From NCBI GenBank assembly GCA_963977015.1, contig CAXBMO010000004.1, positions 288,001 through 352,000 of the forward strand: a stretch of 64,000 nt of DNA, written 5' to 3'. The translations under genes were made by a program, and so were the position numbers. Of this stretch, positions 35,263 through 45,614 are shown one piece after another. The number at the start of each line of letters is the position of its first letter. The first letter of the stretch is position 1. A model generated the notes under the pieces. It ran no database searches. It saw only the letters and a list, made by a program, of their open reading frames with translations, and was not told the DNA's origin. The stretch is from an uncultured bacterium (GTDB lineage Bacteria; Verrucomicrobiota; Verrucomicrobiia; Verrucomicrobiales; DEV007).

Positions 35263-36315
35263 CTAGAAAGAAGCTGGCTCCACCTCTACAATTGGGGCGG
35301 GTTCCACCGGAATCGGCTCAACGCGAACAGGATCACCTTCGGGACGAACGGGAACCTGGGGCACCACCATCGGAGCGCCGGGCGCAATCGGTGCCGCCGG
35401 GCTGACCACAGCTCCCGGCGTTCCCCCGGGATTCGGGGTTGGCGGAGCCAACGTTCCCGGTTGCGGCGAGGGATTGACCGGAGTGAGCGACCTGGCCGGC
35501 TCGACCGGCGAAACCTCCACCACGGGCGCTCCCGGTGGCGTGACCAGAGGCACCACTCCCGCAGTCACCCCTGCTCCCACAATCGGCATCTCCGTCTGCG
35601 GATTCACCGGTTCCAGCGTTACCTGCGGATTGGGAACGTCGGTTGGAAACGGAAGCGCTGGTGGCGCGGTATAATCTTCAGGAGCCGCCGAATCCACGAC
35701 CAGCGGATATCCGCGACTGCCACGGTTCCAGGAATACCAGACGGTCCGCAAGACCGTTCCCGTGGATCCGGAGAGATCGACGCGGCCCGCCACATAGCCG
35801 TCCACGTCGATGGCGGTCAGTCGCCAAAGCGGATCCCGGGTGAACTCCTGACAGGTGAGCTGGTAATTGACATGATTGAAGGAAACTCCCGCACGCTTGG
35901 CCTCCAATTCCAGAATCCGGAAACTGGCGGTCGAATCGATCAAGAGCTTCTGTTTGTCGATGAAGCCGGTGGGAACCTGATTCGGGTACTTGGGTTGCGC
36001 TTCTTTCTCGAGGCTGTGCTTTTCCGTGAGGGTGAATTCGCGGACGAAGAGCGGGCTTTGCCGGTCAAAAACCACCAATTCCCAGGAAATCGGCTGCGAC
36101 TGCCCCTGAAGCCCTCGCATCTCCACAATCGTTTCGGCAGCCTCAATGCCAAAGGTGGATTTCATTTTCTCCAAACCGGTAAATGCAGAAATGGGCGCGT
36201 CCTCTTTCTGCCGTCGTCCCCCGAAAAATCGTCGGTCTTCGGCCCAACTCTCAGCAAGAAGGCCTCCCAAAAGCCCCAGCGTGATTCCCAACTTCCAAAA
36301 TGATCGAGTTTTCAT
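35263..36315 (-). CDS. secreted protein with a possibly PepSY-like N-terminal region and a Pro/Val-rich tail
   Basis: ATG 36315 gives the signal peptide MKTRSFWKLGITLGLLGGLLAESWA. About 200 aa globular part, then about 140 aa of P/V/T/G low-complexity sequence. Confidence 0.75.
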   Translation of the reverse strand: MKTRSFWKLGITLGLLGGLLAESWAEDRRFFGGRRQKEDAPISAFTGLEKMKSTFGIEAAETIVEMRGLQGQSQPISWELVVFDRQSPLFVREFTLTEKHSLEKEAQPKYPNQVPTGFIDKQKLLIDSTASFRILELEAKRAGVSFNHVNYQLTCQEFTRDPLWRLTAIDVDGYVAGRVDLSGSTGTVLRTVWYSWNRGSRGYPLVVDSAAPEDYTAPPALPFPTDVPNPQVTLEPVNPQTEMPIVGAGVTAGVVPLVTPPGAPVVEVSPVEPARSLTPVNPSPQPGTLAPPTPNPGGTPGAVVSPAAPIAPGAPMVVPQVPVRPEGDPVRVEPIPVEPAPIVEVEPASF

Positions 36316-36360
36316 GGTCTTTTTCGAATTCAGCTTCGTCAAAATAGCACGTTCCCTGTT

Positions 36361-36389
36361 TTGACAACACTAGAACTTCAGCATTCAAT
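36361..36389 (+). promoter_or_regulatory. putative sigma70-type promoter of mntR
   Basis: Perfect TTGACA, 17-nt spacer, weak -10 TTCAAT. Confidence 0.35.
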
Positions 36390-36407
36390 CGGGGACCAAT
36401 TAGGCAC

Positions 36408-36833
36408 ATGCCAGACTCCAAATCCGAATCCGTTGCTGTCGAAGATTACCTGGAACAAATTCTCCAGCTAATTGACAGCAAGGGCTATGCCCGCGTGGCA
36501 GATATCGCGGACGGGCTGGGAATCGCGCAGCCCAGCGTCTCAAACATGGTTCGCCGTCTCGACGAGAAAGGGCTGATCAACTACGAAAAATACCGCGGGA
36601 TGACGCTCACGGCAGAGGGCGAACGCGTCGCGCTGCGCATCGTCAAACGCCATAATCTGCTTCAAGAGTTTCTCAATCTCCTCGGAATCGATCCCGAAAT
36701 CGCCTATCAAGACCTCGAAGGCATGGAACATCACATCAGCTCCGAAACGCTGCGCGGGATCGAACAACTGATCTGTGAGTTGAAAGACAATCCGGAAATG
36801 CAAACCCGGGTTCGCGATGCAGTTCGGACCTGA
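36408..36833 (+). CDS. mntR: DtxR/MntR family metal-dependent transcriptional regulator
   Basis: EDYLE, KGYARVADIA..LG..PSV..MV..L, YEKYRG..LT..G, RH..L..F, EGMEHH. Short Bacillus-MntR-like form without a FeoA domain. Confidence 0.88.
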   Translation: MPDSKSESVAVEDYLEQILQLIDSKGYARVADIADGLGIAQPSVSNMVRRLDEKGLINYEKYRGMTLTAEGERVALRIVKRHNLLQEFLNLLGIDPEIAYQDLEGMEHHISSETLRGIEQLICELKDNPEMQTRVRDAVRT

Positions 36834-36885
36834 CAATTGGCCAAAAGTTGGCTATCACTCCTCCCGTTTCCTCACCAACTACGAA

Positions 36886-37413
36886 ATGAAGCTCCCCTCA
36901 ATCCATTTCTGGATCGCCATCGCGATGGCCGGCTTGTTGTCCGGTTGCTCTACCCCTACCAGCTCAACCAACAACAATCGGAGTGGTGGCCGCCTCAGCG
37001 CCAATCATCCTGCCGTTGTTGCTCGCAACGCCCAGATCGCCGCCGAACCAAGGGGCGATTTTTACTACGGACGGCGGTTCTGGCTCGAGGGCACCCGGTT
37101 TTGGGGGTTTCTTCGCGAACCCGGCCAAACCTGGGCGGAAGCGAAGCTGGTGATGATGAATGAGACCGTCAAACACACGCCCGATCGCCTTCCGGAGGTC
37201 AATCCTGGCGGGAAAGCCTTCGGCTACGATCACAACCACGAATACCGGATTCGCGGCCGCTACACCGGAAAACGGGTTTATGATCCGAACAGCAACCAAG
37301 TGCTGCCCGAATTTCTCGCTACCGACTTCGAACTGATCAGCGAATACCCCGGATTTCTGTTTCATCCCGATCAGCAGTTCGAGAAGAACAAGGTTCCGAA
37401 GTCTCCTTATTAA
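36886..37413 (+). CDS. hypothetical lipoprotein
   Basis: ATG 36886 gives MKLPSIHFWIAIAMAGLLSGC (lipobox LSGC), then an aromatic-rich globular domain. Confidence 0.8.
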   Translation: MKLPSIHFWIAIAMAGLLSGCSTPTSSTNNNRSGGRLSANHPAVVARNAQIAAEPRGDFYYGRRFWLEGTRFWGFLREPGQTWAEAKLVMMNETVKHTPDRLPEVNPGGKAFGYDHNHEYRIRGRYTGKRVYDPNSNQVLPEFLATDFELISEYPGFLFHPDQQFEKNKVPKSPY

Positions 37414-37474
37414 GGAGGCGAAAGCCGGAAACCGGGAGTGCCGGCAAACCCGGCCTGGAGCATCCGAAAATGCT

Positions 37475-40219
<2,745 letters not shown>

Positions 40220-40453
40220 CTAGGCAACGTTGCGCTTCAGGGGGGCAAAATCCAGCGAAACCAGTTCTTCTAACAGCAAGCCATAACATTGCACAAAACA
40301 CGAAGATTTCACCCCGTTTTCAGGGTTTGTAAAGACCTGAATTGTAGGCGGGAATCCGGAGAAATCGAAGCATTCCACACGCTATTTTTCTACTGGTCAT
40401 GCGGGAATTACCTGCCTAGCTTAACAGGTTACAAACCCCAAAAATCAAATTCC

Positions 40454-41452
40454 ATGAATTCCAGCGATACCTCTCGTCGCGATTTCCTTCGCAAAACTGC
40501 AGCCACCGCCGCCGCCCTCGCCTCACCGGCCCTCCTTCAGGCCGAAGCCGAGGCAAAAACACCGGCCTCTGAGACTCTGGTCAAAACCTTCTACGACAGT
40601 CTCAACGACGCCCAACGCGAAGCGCTTTGCTTCCCATTCGATCACAGCCTGCGCAAGGCGATCGACAACAACTGGCATATCACGGAGCAAACCATCGGGC
40701 AGTTCCTGACCGCCGATCAAAACGCGATGGTTCGAGAGATTTTTCTGAATCTCCACAGTGAGGAATATCGTGAAGCCGTGATCAATCAGGTGGCTCACGA
40801 CAGCGGAAAACGCGGTTTTGGCGCAAGTTCGGTCGCAATTTTCGGGGATCCCGGGACGGATGAGTTTGAGTTCGTCCTCACGGGGCGACACTGCACCCGC
40901 CGTGCCGATGGCAATTCCGTGAAAGGTCGAGCCTTTGGCGGACCCATTTTTTACGGGCACGCGGCCGATGGCTTCAACGAGGGCCCCGACCACAAAGGAA
41001 ACGCCTATTGGTTCCAGGCCAAACGAGCCAACGAAGTTTATCAGATGCTCGATGGAAAGCAGCAGGAGCAAGCTCTGCTCGATCGCATTCGACAGGAACG
41101 GGGAAGTTCAACCATTCGGCTGGCGGGCGACGGCAAAGAAATTCCGGGACTGGCCGTTGCAGACATGAGTGCTGATCAGAAAGACGGAGTTCGCAAGGTG
41201 TTGGCCGATTTGTTGATGCCATTTCGCCCCGAAGACGTCACCGAATCGATGGCGTTGATCGAGAAAGGCGGATTCGACAATCTCCACCTGTCATTCGCGA
41301 AGAAAGGCGATATCGGCAACGACGGGGTTTGGGACAATTGGATGCTGGAAGGCCCCCACATGGTCTGGGTTTTCCGCGGATCCCCCCACGTCCACACCTG
41401 GGTTCATATCGCAGATCCTGATGGCCCCAGCGACCGCGACCGACGCGCCTAG
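40454..41452 (+). CDS. Tat-exported DUF3500 family protein
   Basis: MNSSDTSRRDFL twin-arginine signal; LNDAQR..LCFPFD, IFGDPG, TGRHCT, HVHTW. Confidence 0.75.
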   Translation: MNSSDTSRRDFLRKTAATAAALASPALLQAEAEAKTPASETLVKTFYDSLNDAQREALCFPFDHSLRKAIDNNWHITEQTIGQFLTADQNAMVREIFLNLHSEEYREAVINQVAHDSGKRGFGASSVAIFGDPGTDEFEFVLTGRHCTRRADGNSVKGRAFGGPIFYGHAADGFNEGPDHKGNAYWFQAKRANEVYQMLDGKQQEQALLDRIRQERGSSTIRLAGDGKEIPGLAVADMSADQKDGVRKVLADLLMPFRPEDVTESMALIEKGGFDNLHLSFAKKGDIGNDGVWDNWMLEGPHMVWVFRGSPHVHTWVHIADPDGPSDRDRRA

Positions 41453-41458
41453 ATTGAG

Positions 41459-42718
41459 ATGATGAAACCGCTCTCTGTTGTTGGCTTTTGCCTGATCCTG
41501 GCGTGCAACCTCACCCAATTGCTGGCGGTGGACTGGCCCGAACCTTCTGAACTCCCGGCTCGACCGGAATTGCCCGACGTTCTCGCCGGGGCAACGTCCG
41601 CCGAGGATTGGCAGACAACCAAACGTGGTGAAGTGATGCGCCAGTTTGAGCACTACGTCTACGGGCGTTCGCCTCAACTGCCCAAAACCGAGAATCTGCG
41701 TTTTGAAACCTTGTTCGAGAAGACGGCGTTTGGCGGAAAAGGACTCTTGCGGGAGGTCAGAATTTCGTATCCGCCCGAGGGCACCCCTCCCCTCTATCTC
41801 CTGGTCGCGATTCCCAAGAACCCAAAACCGGCACCAGCCTTTGTCGGCCTGAATTTTGGCGGCAATCATAGTTGCACGGACGATCCCGACGTCTGGCTGA
41901 ATGAAAATTGGATTCCGAAACACAAGAAAGGCGTGGTCGACCATCGCGCGACCGAGGCTGCGCGGGGAACATCGTCCGATCGTTGGCCCTTCGAATTCGC
42001 GGTCGAACGAGGTTACGCGATGGCGACGCTTTACCACGGTGATATCGATCCCGATTACGCGGATTTCACCAACGGCGTGCATCCTCACTTCTTCATGGAA
42101 GGTGTCGATGAGCCGCTGGCGGGAGATTGGGGAGCCATCGGGGCCTGGGCCTGGAGTCTGCGCCTCGCCGCCAGCTACCTGATAGCTAATCCCGCGATCC
42201 ATCCGGAACAGGTTTGCGTGATGGGCCATTCCCGAAACGGAAAAACGGCATTGTGGGCCGGTGCCCAGGATGAGCGCTTCGCTCTCGTTGTGAGCAATCA
42301 ATCCGGCTGTGGAGGCGCAGCCCTGAGCCGTCCGCGTCGCGGGGAAAAGCTGATTAACATCAACACGAATTTTCCGCATTGGTTCAACGACCGGTTCCAG
42401 GATTTCAATGATCGCGAAGATCATCTGCCGGTTGATCAACACCAACTGCTCGCCTTGATCGCACCGCGCCCCGTCCTGGTTTGCAGCGCAACAGGTGATA
42501 CCTGGGCCGATCCGGAAGGTGAATTTGAAACCTGCCGGAACGCCGCTCCCGTTTATCGTTTGCTGGGTTTCGACGACTTCACGGCCCAAAAACTTCCTCC
42601 GGAGAACCAGCTGATTGACAGCCGAATTGGCTATCACATCCGCCCGGGAAAACATGGGATCGGCAAGGCTGATTGGGCGGTCTTGTTTGACTTTGCCGAC
42701 AAGCAACTCGGCGATTAG
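41459..42718 (+). CDS. carbohydrate esterase family 15 (glucuronoyl esterase-like), secreted
   Basis: WGAIGAWAW, nucleophile motif GHSRNGK, SGCGG, LPVDQH.LLALIAPRP, WADP.GEF. Confidence 0.88.
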   Translation: MMKPLSVVGFCLILACNLTQLLAVDWPEPSELPARPELPDVLAGATSAEDWQTTKRGEVMRQFEHYVYGRSPQLPKTENLRFETLFEKTAFGGKGLLREVRISYPPEGTPPLYLLVAIPKNPKPAPAFVGLNFGGNHSCTDDPDVWLNENWIPKHKKGVVDHRATEAARGTSSDRWPFEFAVERGYAMATLYHGDIDPDYADFTNGVHPHFFMEGVDEPLAGDWGAIGAWAWSLRLAASYLIANPAIHPEQVCVMGHSRNGKTALWAGAQDERFALVVSNQSGCGGAALSRPRRGEKLININTNFPHWFNDRFQDFNDREDHLPVDQHQLLALIAPRPVLVCSATGDTWADPEGEFETCRNAAPVYRLLGFDDFTAQKLPPENQLIDSRIGYHIRPGKHGIGKADWAVLFDFADKQLGD

Positions 42719-42727
42719 TTCGGTTCC

Positions 42728-43222
42728 ATGATTCGGCCGGTCACCCACAGCGATTGCGAAGCGATTCGCGAGATCTACAATTACTACATTGAGGAGACGA
42801 TCGTCACTTTTGAGGAAGAACTCGTGACGACCGACGAGATGGCCAGACGGGTGCGCGAAACGTCAGAATCCTACCCCTGGCTCGTTTGCGAGGAAGGCGG
42901 TGAGATTACCGGTTACGCCTATGCCCGAACCTGGCATCCGCGCTCGGCCTATCGTTTCTCGGTCGAAAGCAGCGTCTACCTCGGCAAGGGAAACGAGCGA
43001 AAAGGGCTCGGCAGCGCCTTGTATGCCGAGCTGCTGCCAAGGCTCCAAGCCCTGTCGATCCACTCCGTCATCGCGGGCATTTCCCTTCCCAACGAGGCAA
43101 GCGTTGCGATCCACGAAAAGTTCGGCTTCAAGAAAGCCGCCCACTATCGCGAAGTCGGCCGGAAATTCGATCGCTGGATCGACGTTGGCTACTGGCAATT
43201 GATCTTTGAGCCCGCTCCCTAG
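42728..43222 (+). CDS. GNAT N-acetyltransferase (phosphinothricin/YncA/ArsN1-like)
   Basis: IYNYYI..T..TFEE, RSAYRFSVESSVY, GLGSALY, GISLPNEASVAIHEKFGF, EVGRKFDRWIDVGYWQ. Confidence 0.9.
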   Translation: MIRPVTHSDCEAIREIYNYYIEETIVTFEEELVTTDEMARRVRETSESYPWLVCEEGGEITGYAYARTWHPRSAYRFSVESSVYLGKGNERKGLGSALYAELLPRLQALSIHSVIAGISLPNEASVAIHEKFGFKKAAHYREVGRKFDRWIDVGYWQLIFEPAP

Positions 43223-43563
43223 AAAACCTTGTCGTTCCATCCCCACATCCCCCGTTCGACATTTTCAAACGTGACGTAGGTGCGGCTTTTTTCGACCTTC
43301 AAGACGTTGCTCGACAGCTCGCAAAGGATCCTGGTTAGCTCGTCCGCCTTTTCCGCGGGCAACCCGAGCGCCTTCAACTCAAAAACCGCCGCAGGCTCCT
43401 CGCTTCCCCCAAACCGCATCGCTTGCCCGGCTTGAAGTGACGCCATGAAGTAATCCTCCGACTTCCCCAGGGCTTTGGAAACCTGTTGAGAAGCCAGTTG
43501 GAGCAATTCTCCACGAGCTTCCGGATCAACGTCTTGATTGGTGAGAACGGAGAGCAACGGCAT
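43219..43563 (-). CDS. macrophage migration inhibitory factor (MIF)/phenylpyruvate tautomerase family protein
   Basis: 114 aa with an M-P start (catalytic Pro1), LGKSEDY, FGGSEEPAA, RTYVTF and MWGWN..F. Confidence 0.88.
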   Translation of the reverse strand: MPLLSVLTNQDVDPEARGELLQLASQQVSKALGKSEDYFMASLQAGQAMRFGGSEEPAAVFELKALGLPAEKADELTRILCELSSNVLKVEKSRTYVTFENVERGMWGWNDKVF

Positions 43564-43578
43564 GGCTCGACCTGACAG

Positions 43579-44439
43579 CTATTCTGACGACCAGGCTTGC
43601 GCGACTTGGCGCTGCTCGCCCAAGCTCTCAATGCCCAACTCGATCACGTCGCCGGGCTTCAGATATTGCGGAGGATCAAATCCCATCCCAACACCAGCCG
43701 GAGTACCGGTAGAAATGACGTCCCCGGGAAGCAGGCTCATGAACTGGCTCAGGTAACTGACCAAATGAGGAATCTTGAAGATCAAATTCGCGGAACTGCC
43801 GTCCTGCTTCGTCTCTCCATTGACCTTGAGCCACATCTTCAGATTATCCACATCTGCCACCTCGTCCCGGGTCGCCAGGAACGGCCCGAAGGGAGCAAAA
43901 CTGTCCGCGCTCTTTCCTTTGACCCACTGGCCCTGGCGCTCAATTTGGAAAGCCCGTTCGCTGTAATCGTTGTGCAGCGCATAGCCCGCAACGTAATTCA
44001 GCGCATCCGATTCCTCGACGTAGCTGGCGCGCTTGCCAATCACGACCGCGAGCTCAACTTCCCAATCCGTCTTCTCGCTTCCTTTGGGAATGACCAGAGC
44101 GTCATCAGGACCCGTCCAACTGCTGGTGGCCTTGGAAAAGATGATCGGCTCCGGCGGAGGCGTCATCCCGGTTTCTTCGGCGTGATCGCTGAAGTTCAAT
44201 CCGATGCAGATCAACTTGCTGGGACGACAGATCGCCGGTCCCAAACGCTCGGACGGATCCACCTTCGGAGCCGAAGCGGCATTCGCATCTGCCCAGGTTT
44301 TGAGCTTCGCCAGTCCATCGTCGCCAAAAAAAGCTTCGTCCCAGTCTGAACCAAACGCCGAAGCGTCAATGCGGGTGCCGTCTTCCAGTTGAAGACCGGG
44401 TTTTTCCTGACCGGGCTGGCCAAAGCGTATCAATTTCAT
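43579..44439 (-). CDS. fumarylacetoacetate hydrolase family protein (2,4-diketo-acid hydrolase-like)
   Basis: MKLIRFG..G.EKPG, ICIGLNFSDH, DWEVEL, HNDYSER, QWVKGK, PGDVISTGTPAGVG. Confidence 0.93.
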   Translation of the reverse strand: MKLIRFGQPGQEKPGLQLEDGTRIDASAFGSDWDEAFFGDDGLAKLKTWADANAASAPKVDPSERLGPAICRPSKLICIGLNFSDHAEETGMTPPPEPIIFSKATSSWTGPDDALVIPKGSEKTDWEVELAVVIGKRASYVEESDALNYVAGYALHNDYSERAFQIERQGQWVKGKSADSFAPFGPFLATRDEVADVDNLKMWLKVNGETKQDGSSANLIFKIPHLVSYLSQFMSLLPGDVISTGTPAGVGMGFDPPQYLKPGDVIELGIESLGEQRQVAQAWSSE

Positions 44440-44540
44440 GAGAGGGTGAGTAAAGATTGGGAAGTGAGGGCGTCAAAGCAAAATCGCGGCTTTGCGTTGC
44501 TGCATCCCACAGATCGCCTCAACCGTTACCATTTTTCCTC

Positions 44541-44765
44541 ATGAAGATTTCCATCACCTACTGCGTTCAGTGAAACTACACCCCTCAGGCCACCAGTTTG
44601 GCGGCCGCAATTCAAGAAACCGACGGATTTGAAGTCGAACTCATCGAAGGTGGCGGTGGCATTTTTGACGTCGTGGCCAATGGCGAGCTGATTTACAGCA
44701 AACACGAAACCGGCCATTTCCCCGAGAACGAGGAGATCGTTTCGCTGCTCAAAAACGCGACCTAG
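44541..44765 (+). CDS. SelW/SelT/SelH-like (Rdx family) selenoprotein, 74 aa, CxxU motif
   Basis: Not in the ORF track. ATG 44541 gives MKISITYCVQ-[TGA 44571-44573]-NYTPQATSLAAAIQETDGFEVELIEGGGGIFDVVANGELIYSKHETGHFPENEEIVSLLKNAT-TAG. The I.YCxxU.Y, GG.FDV..NG.LIYSK...FP pattern is the Rdx signature. Confidence 0.88.
44588..44606 (+). promoter_or_regulatory. putative bacterial SECIS hairpin
   Basis: GGCCACCA-GTT-TGGCGGCC: 7 base pairs with one A/C mismatch. The apical loop starts with GU and lies 22 nt downstream of the in-frame TGA. Confidence 0.65.
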
Positions 44766-45514
44766 CGCAGGTTCATCACACCACCGTCGAAGTCCCAGGC
44801 ACCTCCCGTGACAAATCCGGCATCGTCGGAACAGAGATAGGTCGCCAACTTCCCGATTTCATTCGGTTTCGCCATTCGCCCGATCGGCTGGGCGGCAGAA
44901 AGCTTTTCGAACATTTTCTCTTCTTCACCCGGGTAATTGTTCGCCAGGTAATTGTCGACGAAGGGCGTGTGAACACGAGCGGGACAGATGCAGTTGCAGC
45001 GAATTCCCTGTTCGATGTAGTCGTGCGCGACCGACAGCGTCATCGTGTAAACCGCCCCCTTGCTCATTGAATAGGCGAACCGGTCCTTCAGGCCCACTTT
45101 CGAGGCAATCGACGCCATGTTGAGAACCACCCCACCGCCTGACGCCACCATTTTGGGCAACGCGGCGTGGAGGAAGTTGTAAACGCCTTTGACGTTGACG
45201 TTGTAAACACGATCCATGTCCGCCTCGGTCGTGGTTTCGACCGTTCCGATGTGCGAAATCCCCGCGTTATTGACCAAGACGTGCAGTTGTTTCGCCGCCG
45301 TGACCTTGTCGATCAGCGCGTCGACCTCACTCTGATTCGAAACATCGCAGGCCAAAAACTCGCCGCCGATATCGTTGGCAACGGTCGTTCCCGCTGCCTC
45401 ATCGCGGTCGACAACCCAGACAAAGGCACCCTCCGCGGCAAATTCCCGAGACATCGCTTCTCCAATGCCAGATCCCGCTCCAGTTATGAGGACATTCTTG
45501 TCTTTAAATCGCAT
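44762..45514 (-). CDS. short-chain dehydrogenase/reductase (2-keto-3-deoxy-sugar-acid dehydrogenase-like)
   Basis: TGAGSGIG, NNAG, ASIAS..GLKDRFAYSMSK (YxxxK), CPARVHTPFV, QPIGRM. Confidence 0.9.
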   Translation of the reverse strand: MRFKDKNVLITGAGSGIGEAMSREFAAEGAFVWVVDRDEAAGTTVANDIGGEFLACDVSNQSEVDALIDKVTAAKQLHVLVNNAGISHIGTVETTTEADMDRVYNVNVKGVYNFLHAALPKMVASGGGVVLNMASIASKVGLKDRFAYSMSKGAVYTMTLSVAHDYIEQGIRCNCICPARVHTPFVDNYLANNYPGEEEKMFEKLSAAQPIGRMAKPNEIGKLATYLCSDDAGFVTGGAWDFDGGVMNLR

Positions 45515-45614
45515 GGTTGCGATTTAATCCGGCTAGCAAATTGCCGCAACCGGATTCGCATTTCCCGCTGGTTTATCGGTCAATTTCCGTCCATGGTGGC
45601 GCGCCTGACATTGT

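Noticed and set aside
36395-36420. DtxR/MntR operator at the mntR start (TTAGGCACATGCC)
   Set aside because: Only a half-site resemblance; no convincing full palindrome.
44571-44573. Genome-wide TGA reassignment (code 4 or 25) as the explanation for the in-frame TGA
   Set aside because: TGA is a normal stop elsewhere (HNH 8265-8267, rsmH, ftsI, mraY), and the other genes are intact under code 11.
44526-44717. 63-aa minus-strand ORF between FAH and SDR
   Set aside because: Antisense shadow of the plus-strand Rdx selenoprotein, which carries the family motifs.
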